Positions 49,319 through 62,545 of a DNA stretch of 64,000 nucleotides are shown here, piece after piece; positions within the stretch are counted from its first letter, which is position 1; each line of letters opens with the position of its first letter. This stretch comes from Marsupella aquatica (taxonomy: Eukaryota > Plantae > Marchantiophyta), in contig OZ316892.1 in the NCBI GenBank assembly GCA_973895155.1, positions 16,544,357-16,608,356 of the forward strand, written 5' to 3'. The notes beneath the pieces were generated by a model, which was not told where the DNA came from, made no database searches, and saw nothing but the letters and a program-made list of their open reading frames with translations. The position numbers and the translations under genes are program-made.

Positions 49319-51540
49319 TCAGTGGTGGACTAGCCACCTAGCGCCCTCATCAATCTCAGCACTCTCACCTAAGTGCCCTTAATTGGTGTCCGAACGCTTA
49401 CACGGAACTCCTTCAGCAAGCAACTTCGTACCTCTAGCACCACCAGCGGCAACTCCCATACGAAGTCGCACTTGCTCCCTAACACGACCGTCACTCAACC
49501 GTTCTCATTGTCTGCACAAGCAACCAAACACCTAGGTAAGTAACCCATTAGGATAACTCACCACATAAAAAAAACTCTTCCACTAAACTTTATTTCACTC
49601 AAGGTTTGTGGTTTACAATATTCATTTCAATTGGCCAATTATCAGGGTCAGGGGGGTTCTCAGTCTCAGTTCAGGTCAGGGTTGGCTCAAGCTCTGGTCT
49701 CTAGTCCTGAATAGATACTCCAACACAATCTGAACATAGTCTCTTCCTTTTCAAAACATCCATTACAAATCTCGTCTCCCTCTTTGAGCCTCTCCCTTAT
49801 TCTCCTCTTGTTTTTTCTTCGAAGTCAATGTTCCTATCTCACAACAATCTTTTGTCCAATCATATCCTGTCATCCTCCTTCCACAGTACATATGTTTCTT
49901 TATCCCTAACAAAACTTCCACATTGCTCTTTTTCTTTACTTAGTTACATAAGCATTCTGCTGTTGGGCTCTCTCATTTTTGAATGTTGAAAAAATCCTGG
50001 AAATCCCAACATGTTTTGCCTCCTCTTTAAGCTTCCTTTCTCTCAAACCTTACTAAGAAGTTTCATACCACTTGTCATAACATTATTTTTGGGCCCTGTC
50101 ATTCTGCTAAATTTTCCCCGCTCACTCAACATTACACTGCAACCCCAAAGTCCACTGTACTCTAAAAGTCCACAGTTTCTCACCAATGTTTCTTCACAGC
50201 TGACAGCAAGCTTTCTTTCCTCTCTTGTTCATTACCCCGTCCCTTGTTCTGCGTCTTTTGTTTGTCTTTACGGACCCCACTAGAGGTCCCTTCCAAAATT
50301 CCTGGCTCCACAGCGCGCCACATCATCATGATGCGCTGCAAATAGGAACGACTTGGTTTACAAAATAAAATGACTTTCACATTCGTGTTTGCGACAGGAT
50401 TTTGGTAAAATTGGGGACGCCATGCCGTAAATCTTCATGTAAAAAGTAATCAAAAATAACTGTTTTATTTACATTGAGTAGGCCCGCAACTCAATTTTAT
50501 CTACCGCAAATAACCAACTGCCCACCCTTTTTTGTGAATTGTGGTTTCAATTCCGTAATAAATAAGTAATTAAATGAAGCAACACAGCATGGCAGTTAAG
50601 AATCCCGCAGGGGCAGAAGGTAACCTCGTGTTTCCTCATTTCCTCGTGTCGTGCTCGAGGACAGAAGAAGTGGCGATGAGGTAATGGAATACTCATCTAA
50701 CCTTCCGAACAAGTGCAGAGAGTGCAAAGCAAGATTGACTCTCTCTTTTTCTCTTTCTTTAGCGGAAGGTCAAGTTCATCCGCACACGAGAGGCAGTCAG
50801 AAGAGCAATTCTCGGTGATGGCTAACAAATGATAGTCTCTCTTGAGGAAATCACTGTAGTCCTCAATGAGAGCTCTGAAATTGCTGCTCGGAATTGAATT
50901 TCGGAAATTGCTTCAATCTGCAAATGAATATCGAATCAAAAAAATTTGAGAGTAAGGGAATTCAGGAAGACGTCATTGCTCCTCACCTAAGACGGAGGCA
51001 TTGACTTGACCATGAAGAGGTTGAGTACTCTTGCTCCACAACGATGCATGAGAAGCGAGGCAACTAATGATAGAGAGACGACTTTGGATTGAACGAAAGA
51101 GAGGAGGGGAGGGAAACACCAAAACTAGCCAGGATGTGATTGCGAAGGCTGGTGAAAGGATGAGAGCAATTGATCTCCAAGGATTCCAACCGGACTGTGT
51201 GATCCGCAATTTATACCCGAAATCTGCAACAGGTGGAAAGAATGATTGAATAAACGGAAGAATTGAATGTGAAGGGGTCCAATCAAGTCATGAGACACCA
51301 AAGTCTCGAACAACAATAATCGATGAAATGACAAAATGAGTGTCCAAGGAGACCAACAATGTGTTTCAATCTCAAAGTGACAAGACAGACCCAATGGTCA
51401 CCAAGTTCACGGGACTAAGTCACTGCTAAAGCAAATACTTCAACCACTCCACTTTCACAGCCGAGTGGGAGAACAGGGAGTGCGCTAAGACTATTAAACG
51501 CTCTAGTTAGAATCTTCCTTGCTTTGCCTGCCGCCCCTCG

Positions 51541-51561
51541 CTCTCTCTCTCTCTCTCTCTC
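51541..51561. repeat. (CT)n microsatellite
   Basis: Read directly. Confidence 0.9.
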
Positions 51562-54500
51562 ATTGCTGACCCGGCTTTATGCTTTGAGTCTCTCCTGGAC
51601 TTCTGGTAAAGAAACAATTCAAGGGTAACAATTTGCAGCTCGGCTAGAAATTTATCGATGATACACTCATGAGTTTTTTGGCAGCGAGCTCTGTTGAGAG
51701 ATGCAAGAGTATGGCTATCTAAAAAATTAATAAAAGGGCATCCTAGTCTTCACCGTGCCCAAGATCAGACAAGTACAGGAAGGCTTCGAGATGACACAAT
51801 TTCAAATGGCCATGCTGCGATCCTCCCCTTACATAGGCTCCATTCATCCGGAAGTATGATCAATCGCGCAATCTAGCTACTCAGATAAGAATTATTCTTG
51901 AGGACTTGAAATCCCCTCAGCGCAAAATGAAATGCCTCTCAATCAACTCTGCCCACCATTGCTTGAAAAAAATTGAATCCTTCTAGGCGTACAACAAATA
52001 CCCATTCTGTGGTAGCGTCGATGTCCTGGTGGCAGAGTACCACGGTACAGTTCCCAGTAGTCAAAGCTGCTGTGACTACTAGAAAGTCTCCGTCGTGAAT
52101 CTGTCGTGACCAAACCTTGACAACTATGCTAAACACTAGACTTCCAGTGAACAAAGTTTTGCGAACTGACCATATATATTGAGATAAAGTGATAACCTAG
52201 ACAATTCTATGGTTTAAATTGTGATGGCATCGTGGGTTCCAAAGTGCCTCGCACTAGATGCGTACAAGGTAATTGCGAACCAACTCTGGCCACCACCGCT
52301 ACCTACCAGACAGCAATTGCTTGAGACAAGCGAGAATTAATGTAGATGGCCCTAAGCTTGATACATAGGTTTACTCACTCTAAGCAATACCGTGGAGAAG
52401 TGTGTTGCATTACTTTCTAAAATCCATTGTTGAAATGGATGAGTCAAAAAACTATTATGGCAAGGAAATTGTTGAACTGCAGTTTGTCCGGTCTTTGTTC
52501 AAAGGTGTTCTACATGATCCAAACGAGAGCTGTATTTTACGTCCTCGGGTAAGCTCCATTTCCATTCCAACCTGCAATTAGATCTTCAAATGTGCTCATG
52601 ATTACTAATTGAAATACCTTTGCTGGCTCCAGAGCTGAACTCCCAAGCGATTGGGATTGCCACAAGCTCAGAGCACCACGTTGCAGCTTCAGAACTAGTT
52701 GAGGTTTGCTCATATATTCAGCTCGGTCACTAGTTTCAGCTGGCCTAGTCTCCAGATTCGATCCACCATGTAGTCTCAATAAAGATATGTTCATTGTTAC
52801 ACATTTTATAACACATTTATCTATTTCACATATATTGTCCAACACATACCTCACATACAATCAAAACAGATAGAGGTCCACGAACTAATTTGCCATAAAG
52901 CCTCTCTTGGTGCACCCAATCCCTTGTAGTTGAGTCACTTTAAATTCTGCAAACATCTCTGATTGATGTTCCCGGACTTCCCAGCTATCTCAAGTTATAC
53001 AGCAGAGGTTATTTTTTACTGAGCATAGCACTTCATTTTTAAGTCCTCTTAAATTGTCCATCGTTCCGAGTCTCGGTTTATTCTCACTTGCTTCCTTGGA
53101 ATTCACGTTTGTACCTAATCTTGTAGCTCATTATGGCCCTTCTAAAAAAAATCACATTATCTCATTGCACAAATAATGTCCTTCTTGAGTTCTTGCTGCG
53201 ACCTGTTCCTGATTTCATTCTCGCAGAATGCTTTCATCTTGTACTTCGGATCATGTTGTGTAGCTCTCATTTACTTCTTTACAAACCGCCATCATCACAT
53301 TTGGTCACAAGGAACAATGATGTCTTCAACAAGAAACAAACACAACTGTTTGTGTTTGGTGCAAGACAAGTAAAATCAGTTAGACCAGGTAATTGTAAAA
53401 AGATCAAAGTTTTAAAATAACAAACAACTGGGTGAAACAAAGGAAGTGTCTTGTTCTTGTAAAGTCCCCCTTAGTAGGTCCATACTTTTACAAATGCATC
53501 ATTGAAGTGAGATGGTACCTTTAGGGAGAAATAACATGATAATATCGTATAGTGCAGGGTGCAGGGTGCAGGGCTTGTGGTTGGGTGGGTGCATGTATCA
53601 CATGGGGAGGATTTGGAAAACTGTTTGAAATTAGGTCAAGGTCCTTTGGATATCTTCAACTTGTTTTAGAGGTCAGTGGTCGCCCAGAAGTGGGTTGAGT
53701 CATTGAGAGTTCAGTTTTTCTAACATAATTCTCCTTATCAGATTTTCTCTCGTGCTTTGGAGACTTTACTATAGAGATTGAGGACTATTGTGGAGAGTAC
53801 TCTGAGTACAATTTGAATCTGTAACAAGTAGCAAACCAAGGACATACAACAAAGTGAATTTTACTCCTCACAAAATACAATGTCCCTTTCCATTCTTCAA
53901 AAAGTTAAGACGGGGAAAGGGAAAAATCTGAGTCTAGAATATGAGGAATAGAATAGGCTAGCTCAACTCTTAAATTTGAGCCATGGGAAGGGAGAATTCT
54001 AAGACCGGTTTAGAATATGGTAAATCACTATTACCATGGCATTCTTCCAAAAGGGTCCAAAGGGTACCATGAATTGATTGAACCACTCAAATTTCTCAAT
54101 GTAGTTTTGATGAGCTACACAAATTTGTCATCCAGACGAGATAAACAATTCGATTACATTGGTGATTAACGAGGTTTTGCCATTCCCATTTCATTCCATG
54201 CTAGGATCATTGCCTCCCCTGCAGTTGGATTGACTTTCTCTCGCTAGCTCTGTGGCAGGTCATCACATAGTTGTCCTGGGCAAGTACTAACAAATTTTTA
54301 TTATGACACATATAGCCAAATGCCAGAGTGCACAACATTGTTGATATAAGTGAGGTTGAGAATGTTATGGAGCAGAAGTGAGATGGCCCAGGAGTCTGAC
54401 GCTGACAGGAGTATGCGAGTTGGCCTGGCAATTGGGTTTCGAAAAATGTGCAGCCTATGGGGAGAGTAATGGGTTGGGCGTGAAAAAGATGCACAGTGAC

Positions 54501-54947
54501 ACTTTTAGGTCCATCTCTTGGGAAACAATGTCACCTTTGAACAGCTAGGGACTCTGTACTTGCTCATAAAATGCAAAATCAATGGCTGATTCTCGGAGGG
54601 AGACAATATTATAGCTTATAGAAACATGTGGACGTTCAAGATGAACTGCAAGAGGGCATGAATTTATTTTAGAGCTCCCGACAAGGAGCACATGTCTTCA
54701 ATTGACATACAAGAATTGCTAATTTCTAATCTATTTACCTGCAGTGGGGCCCTGGAATTCCCAGGTGACATTTTAGATGCAGTCGAGTAAGGAGAATCGT
54801 AAGAAAAGAAAGGCAGACTTCTGCTTACGCCTCTACTCCATTCTCTGTGTTCAAAACGTTCGTTATAATGCAGACATTCAGTAAAAGTTGCTTCTGGTTT
54901 CCTGAAACTAACAGATTTACAGTGACTTTTCAAAATCTCTAAATGGA

Positions 54948-57127
54948 TCAACAAAAATATGGTTGACAACCAGGGAATGGTTCATAATCTATGTCGTCCA
55001 TTGTGAATCCTGGACCCGTAGTAAGTGAGCAGAGCGCGGAGCAAACAGGTACTTCTACTGAGTTGTCTGACTCCTTCATAGAAGCAATGCATCCCCTCTC
55101 TGCTGTTGTCTGGTTATTGCGTAGCTCTGGTCTAGATTGGCCACTGCTACTTTCTAAAATGATAGACGAATTGCTGTCGTATCTGCAGGATGTCTGTCTT
55201 TCTATTTGTGCTTGGAAATCTGCGTCTAATTCCGCTCCCCATCTTACTTCGTATTGAGATTCTTCAGATTTGTCCACCTGCCCACTGGTGTCGGAAGTAC
55301 TCCTCGCCGGCTCCATGAGCTGATGTTGCACATTGAATCGTTTCGTTTCAGACTCTAGACCGTCTTCCGCTGATGGGAAAGGAATTTCAAGTTGGCCGGG
55401 CCTCGAAGTGGCCAACAGAATATTGAAGAGATCAGAACTGAACATACTTTCCCGATCCAATCTACTTACGTCAAAAACCTGTGGCTGAGATGGGTTGTGG
55501 TCCTCTGGCTTGACAGAAAAGTCCTGATCATGTATTCCCATTTCCATTGAAGGGGCGGTGTTCAACGAAAACCTCGACATATCCAAGATGCCAACCGTTG
55601 GAGGGACACCACCCACGGGTAATGTACTTGCCAGCTGAGAGAACCCATGACTATTAACACCAAGCAATATTTCATCCGCGATAGTAACTTGAGTTTGAGT
55701 AGCAGAAGACTTCACATGGTTCCCTCCAAGGCTCGGGTAATTTGCAGTAGCAGGAGAACTCGTGGGATCGGAAGGGGGAAGCTGATGGACCCGATTCATT
55801 GCGATAGCCATTTGCTCAGGAAAGCAAGCAAAACGCCAGGCAGGATGCTGTTGATGAACGGATTCGCAGGTATGGTGCCCGCGGTACGTGACGTCATACA
55901 CCATAGACTCGTCATCACACCGTTGCACGTACTTGATTGCTGGACAGCCCAATTCGATTTTGTGTGTACATCTGTAATAGCTTCGTGGGTTCTTGGAGCC
56001 AAGGATGTCCTTCTGTCCATATTTGCGCCAAGTATGACCATCATCTGGGGGGCCATCATGTGCTGGATCACTTGCGCGTTGCTGGCAGTTGAACTTGGGC
56101 ATGAATTTCCTGAGCAAGTAGCATCCAACTCGATCTCGTCAGTCATGCTTGAAAACTCAGGCAATTGGAGGCAGCAGCAATTGATGAGACGAAATGAAAG
56201 AAAAATAATTAACATCAGCATAGCAGCTCCCTCAGTCCCCGTCGACACAAGAGCATTGCACTTACACTAGGGAAAATATGAAGTTACCGAAAACAGAGAG
56301 ATTTAGAGCTGATTCCAGCATGAATTAGAGAAAGCAACTACTGACCTTTTTACAGACAGACTCTTTGGCTTGGAGGCCTCGGGATCAGCGCTAGTTGTAG
56401 CCTCGCTACCAGGTCGGCGAGCTCGGCCAGCCCCTGCGACAGTCGTCCCAGCAACAGCAGCAGCATCTCCGTCCGCATCCGAGAGTACAAGAGGCGAAGC
56501 TGGATTGGCCGAGTCTTCGGACATTCCGCTCACACTGTGGGGAGTATGACATGGGCTTAACACCGGACTACTGGGATTGATCACTTGTTGTTTGGAATGG
56601 TGTCGTGGGGAATTAAGAGGATCGCTGTCATATGTATGAGAAGTGGATAACGGAGGGCTGTCGATTCTCCCGATGCGATCGGAGGCCGAGAAGTTGTCAT
56701 TTCGGAAGCAATTCGGATTCGGAGGGTAAGCAGATAGCCAGCCCATGATTTTGCTGAAGCTGCCCGTAACTATTGCAGATGCACTCAGCAGCGTCATTCG
56801 CAAGGCCTGGGCTTCCGATACATCACCTCGGCCCAGGAGTCCCTGCGGTGCAATGCACAGCTGCTGCTCAATGATCCTGATTTGCTGGATCCCCAAATTG
56901 ACCTCCGTTCTCACCTTAGCGTCGATGTCCAGGGGCTGCATTGCTGCTGCTGCTTGCCCACCTTCCGACTCCTGCTCTATGTCTCCACCGCCGCTTCTGC
57001 TTGCGGCCAGATGCTGCCCAGTGGACAGCTTACTTGGCTGTCTGGGCCCTTCACTCCGTCTCATTGCTAGATTTCTACTAGGCATGAGATCCTGACGAAT
57101 TGAGCTCCCTAAGTTTATTGGTTGCAT
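54948..57127 (-). CDS. WRKY: Group III WRKY transcription factor, about 647 aa
   Basis: Exons 57127-56346 and 56109-54948 (phase-2 intron in VKR/K; 1944 nt). WRKYGQK plus C-X7-C-X23-H-X-C finger (CTHKIELGC...HTC). The start codon choice is inferred. Confidence 0.9.
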
Positions 57128-58073
57128 CAAAGTTCCTGCCACCAGACAGGCTGAATTTGATTGAATTCCGACTCCGCGCAGAAGAAAGACTACACCGACT
57201 TTCTTCTCTCTGCTCTTGCTGAAAATGCCTCTGGCTAAGCAGTCTGGGCTGGACTCTTTATCTAAGTGATTTCGCTCGCAGTGCTACCACTTAGGTCCTC
57301 CTCTCCTTAACAAGCGATGTTATGTGCTGATGCAGGCAATGATTCCCGACTCTTAACAGTAGAAATTGTCAAGCTCCGTCGCGCTCAAGTAGTCCTCGTC
57401 CGTCAATTAATCATGCTTCCAGGTGACCGTTCCGTCACGCCGCTGAATTTTATGTGCTCCTCAAGCTTGTTGCGTGCACCGTCATGCCTTTGCCCCCCTG
57501 AGAATGAGCCTCGACTATCCTCGATGTGACATATCTGACCACTCATAAACTCCCCCTGGCTGTTTCGACGTTCTAAACCCTTCGAAAATTCTCGTACTTC
57601 TTCAACACATTCTCATCATGCTGCAAATGGCGCAGCGCGCCTGTTGGTCCACTCCAACGCAACGAATTTCCAATCCAATTCAACTCGATTCTCTGTTGGC
57701 TGTTTGAGGGCCAGAGAGTCGGCCCCTGCTCACTATCTCACTCTTCTGTGGGCGTGTAGGAGGCAATCTTTCGACATAGTGTGATTGGGAAGACTCGGTC
57801 TCCCTCTCACTTTCTCTGCTACTCTGCGCGTTTAGCGAGTGGGATTATATCGTTTCGTTAGGCAGAAAATCGGGTGGACTGAGTCACAGTCTCTGCTCTG
57901 CTAGTCTTCTCCGCTCTCCCCTGTTCGTCTCTATGCAGTGAGTGAGCGCTCCGCTTCCCCACTGCGCCCGTGTGCTTCTGGTGATGGAGGTGGTCAGCCT
58001 CCCGATTTGTGTGGAGTTGAAAGGGAGACGGAGGTGGAAGGTTTGAATGTAGCCGAGAATGCGGAGTTCGGGG

Positions 58074-58544
58074 ATTTATAGAGCCAGCAAAAAGACAGAC
58101 AGACTCAGCAAAAAGGACACACAATCTGCGACAGTGCGACCGAGTGATTGGAAACCGAGGGAGTTGACAAGACGACCAAGGGAGGGCTTTGACCAGGTCA
58201 CACCACCCTGGTTTGACACGAAGAGCGCGCAGACTGACAGTACCCGGATCGGAACTGCGAACTCTACTGAGAAGGCGTTTCGCTCAGGTGACGGACGGAA
58301 TGAATCGGGATGCGGTATGGAGCTTTACCGGTTAGGTTACTGACGGCAAGAAGAGGAATGCGTTGGTGCAGGTGACGGACAACAAGAGGGTTGTGAGCTT
58401 TCGGTCAAGGCAGTGACGGGAAACGCACAGTGAAGTGGAGTTCCGGTCTGGTCAGGTGACGGGAAAATAGGCACTCCTGGTCAAGAGTGAAGTGGAGGTC
58501 TGGTCAGGTGACGGGAAAGTTGAGGATTGTGCACTCCTGGTCAA
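58074..58544 (-). promoter_or_regulatory. WRKY promoter: TATA box plus W-box and TGACG cluster
   Basis: TATAAAT on the minus strand at 58080-58074; TTGACC at 58189 (+) and 58403, 58479, 58539 (-); TGACG at 58289, 58341, 58373, 58414, 58457 and 58509. Confidence 0.7.
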
Positions 58545-60544
58545 GACAGCGACGGGAACGAACGGGTTTCAGTCAGGCGGCGGGAAGGAAGAGGGTTGTG
58601 TTATTGAAAGAACGGGACGTAGGTCCGATTGGTCGATAGCTCCCATATGATGGGATAACGCGCCCCGATTTGGTTTCTGTGGGTCCTAGCGACCAAAGAC
58701 TCGATCAACGCTGCCCAAACCAAAGCCCCACATTCCCAATTCATCACAACACTTTTTCTGGTCTAGATTGTTTTGCCTTGTCGCCTAAGATGGTTGCCAC
58801 GATCTATTGTAGCACATGCAAAACTATCTTGCACATGTGGGGTCAAGGCTACAAATGGTAAACCAAACTTCAGGTCTACCTTCTTTGGTTGCAGCGCGCT
58901 GCTTTACCCAACACAACATAAACCCAGCCACTTCGCTGTTGTTGGGACTCTCGTGCTTACTTGGCTGTTGGGCTTTTCCCGTCGTTTCTCCCTTTTATTG
59001 GGTTCTTTGGCCTTGGTGATCTTGTTTCCTAATTAGGAGCTTTTTGCTCTTTTGCAGCGTTACATATTTAGTGCTAGTAGACAAATAAGTTTGGATTTAC
59101 CTTTTCGAAATATCCTAATCCCCAACTTGGTCAAAAGTAGTAACCTGCCCAAACTAACAAGTTAGTTAGCAGGTTGCCCTCCATTTTGTTTAATATAAGT
59201 TGGATTCATTCAACTATATTAGCGCAAGATGACCTGGAATTAGTTCACGAACACAGGGAGGCTTGCACTTGGCCTGACGCCCCTCCAAACATACCTTCAC
59301 TCTGGACCAGGTTCCCCCAACCAACACTCATTGGAACACAGTTGTTGACTACTGCCCACAAGCTAAAACTAATGTCTTTTGGTCCCCATAGTCTCCCTCA
59401 CTTTTATAGTAAGATGGGTTTAGCTTGGACAAATGAGGAGCCTCCACTTTCCCCAGACCAATTATGTGTCATCTCAGGTTAGTCTAGTCTGGTTACTTCA
59501 ACCTGCATACAAAATGAGGGACAAGCTGATAATCAGATTAGTTTTGAGGGCAGGTAATTTGGGGACCAGGGAGGGAAAAAAAAAGTCTAGATTTTACTCC
59601 CCATTTCCTTTCTTATTTCTTGGATTTGAACCCACCTATTATTTCACTTGGAAACTCATTTTCATCTCATTACAGCTTCTACTGTAAAAGGGGCTGGTCA
59701 CTACAGAGGTTGCAGGCTTGCCCACTCATTTCCCAGCATAGGACCCTCATATCTTTAAAATGTTTCTTGGTGATTAAACATATGAATTGTTTTTGGACAT
59801 GGTATCTTGTGGAATGTAGATCTCACCAAGATATAGGTTTTGAGCTGTAGATTCCATATTTAGGGATGACAACTATGCTCAAAAAAATCACCAAAACCCG
59901 TTATCGACGACCTTCAAGGCTACAAAGCACAGCTCTTCTTGTACCTTCAAAGTAAAAATTACAGATGGGATTGGGACATTTATCTTGGCCAAGGATAGGA
60001 TGCTGTACAGAGTAATTTTGGGTGTAACAGTAAGACATTAAAACCAGCCACATTGGATACAATGGTCTGCACTGACTACTAGAGAGTTTCCATGGAACTG
60101 TGCAGAAGGTAGATGAAGGGTTAACAGAGGTTAGTATCTTCAACCATAGCTACTATTATTTAGGAAAATCAATAATACCACAGAACTGGACAAAGGTGAG
60201 AAACATACTTAGTGGACCCTCCAAACTAAAAAAATTCTCATGATTGACCAAAAGATGATTTTTCTCTCCCAGTGAACCTCCGGGCCCATCAGAAGTGCAA
60301 TTTGGTGTCAGAAGTTCTTATAACATGATTTTCAATCCATGTAGCCTGAGAAAACCAGTGTATACAGGATGTTCTATGGTTGTGTCCTCTGTTTATCGAA
60401 CGGTAACTACGTACATTTCCACTTCTTCACAGCCAATACCATTTCCCATACCGTTTTAATCGTATTACGGGGACGTGGAGGGACGCTATTTAGACTTCAT
60501 CACGCTAGGAATGAGTATATTTTTTCGACTTCCTCACCCTTCAC

Positions 60545-62480
60545 TGTTTTTGATCAAGTCCCTTGGATTGCACTTTCCTCTTGGTCTATAGTGGAGTGTT
60601 GTCACCACTCCTTTGGCTCACAAGGCCAACCAGACCTTGTAAACCTCTCTCAAGAATCCACTTGGTGGGTCCTCTCACAAAAACACACCAAAATGGCTAC
60701 GGGAAGAACACAACTATGAAAGCACCAAAATCATAACACGTAACGCACTTTCGAGAGTCAATATGAATCCATATCTTTTGGTGACAAGCAATACATTGCA
60801 TGAGTAACCCGGCCTCTTGCCATCTACTCAACTCCTGCCTTACTAGGACAATGACTACTTCTCACCTCACTACTCCAGATTACTTCATTCTCTACGCTAC
60901 GAGCTAACATTTCATCAACACTAGATTGGGTTCCTCCTGGCTCACTACGGGGCTCCCCCTAAATACCAAAAAAAAAACACCAAAGCACCCCTCACGGGGT
61001 CACATGATGACGGCTACCCTAGCGGCGCTGCTAAAACCTCATTCAAGAATTGCATAACCTAAAACATGCGGCACACACATGCTACCTAAAACCCTAATCT
61101 ATCTACGGGACCGACGGTGCCTTCGACGGTGCCAATCAACAACCGTAATCCATAGTCTGGGGGAAGTGAGGGGGCCCTCCCATGGTCAAAACCTCAAATA
61201 TTTGAAACTACTCCCCTGATGGGAGCCCTGCGCGCACAGCCCTGCTCCTCCTGATCATGGATCCGTAAACGGCTCCCATAACGGATCCCGAACGGCCGAG
61301 TTACGGGATTTTCAATCCATAAATCACAAAGACTCTTGAGCTCATAACGTATCCGTCTTGGCTCCGTTTGGGGAGCGTTGCACCTTGCAGGAATCAGCTT
61401 CCCAAGCTCCTTCCAACAAGCCTGTGAGTTGACCCTTCCAAGTTATGCCAAAAATTAAAATCCGTACGGCTAACATCCGTATGGCCAACTAATCCTCCTC
61501 AGAATCACTAACGGTGCCGGACTAGTCCCGCTGCTTTTGATCAAGTCCCATGGACTATGCCACACACACACTCCTACTGGTCGCTGGTGGAGTCCTGTCA
61601 CCACCCCCCTACTCACATGGTCGACCAATCCGTGCAAGTATTCTTTAGACACTTAATTCTTGGGGAAAGAACACAATTGTGAACCCAAAAAAAATAACGC
61701 CACACCAAAACTTGAGGAATCAAACCAAATCCATATCTTTTGACAAAACATCGTAACACATTGCAAGGATAACCCGGCCTCTTGCCGTCTGCCCAACTAC
61801 TGCCTCACTGGGGCAAGTGTTACACCTCTACCTCACTACTCTGGCTTGATTCCCTCTTCTGGCTATGAGCTAACTTCCCTAAGCAAACACTAGACTGAGT
61901 TCCCCCCCCAACTACTCCGGGGCTTTCCCCCTAAATACCAAGAAAACACACCAAAGCACCCCTCACGGGGCCACAACGATGGCGGCTTACCCTAGCGGCG
62001 CCGCTAAACCCTTCACTAAGAAACCCCTAAACTAAAAGCATGCGGCACACACATGCTTCTAAAACCCTAAACTAACAATGGGGCCGACGGCGCCCCAACA
62101 TTACTCCGTGAACCGTGAAATTGCAAGGAACCCCACAATGGCCGAAACTAGGTGCCCTTCCACTTGCACTTCTGAGTTCACCCCTGGATATCTTTCCTCC
62201 TCTTGATCACGAATCACTCAACCGCTCTCGAAACGGACATCGGACGACCAAGTTATGGTCATTTCCGTATCCCGTAAACACAACTTCGTCGGGCCATAAC
62301 CTGCTCATCCTGGCTCCGTTTGAGGAGCGCCGCCTCTTGTTGGAATCAGCTCCGCGAGCTCTTTCCAACAAGCCCGTGAGAGACCCCTCACAAAAAAGTT
62401 GGAAAGTCAAGGGGCCATATAACCACGTCCGTACGACCACTCTAATCCTCCTCCTCTTCACTCACGGTGCCCTGGCTTGA
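60545..62480. repeat. Diverged tandem duplication, about 970-bp unit x2, LTR-retroelement-like
   Basis: Collinear shared blocks: TGATCAAGTCCC (60551/61538), TAACCCGGCCTCTTGCC (about 60805/61770), CCAAAGCACCCCTCACGGGG (about 60980/61951), GGCTCCGTTTG..GAGCG...GGAATCAGCT...TTCCAACAAGCC (about 61360/62312), CTAATCCTCCTC (about 61489/62442). Confidence 0.85.
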
Positions 62481-62545
62481 GCCCCGTGAGTGGGCCTCCT
62501 CATCACTCTCCACTGGAGTGAGTGCCACTTCACTCCTCTTCTTTT

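Noticed and set aside
55647-57095. Long plus-strand ORFs (207 aa and 116 aa) opposite WRKY
   Set aside because: Antisense shadow frames of coding exons with no recognisable features.
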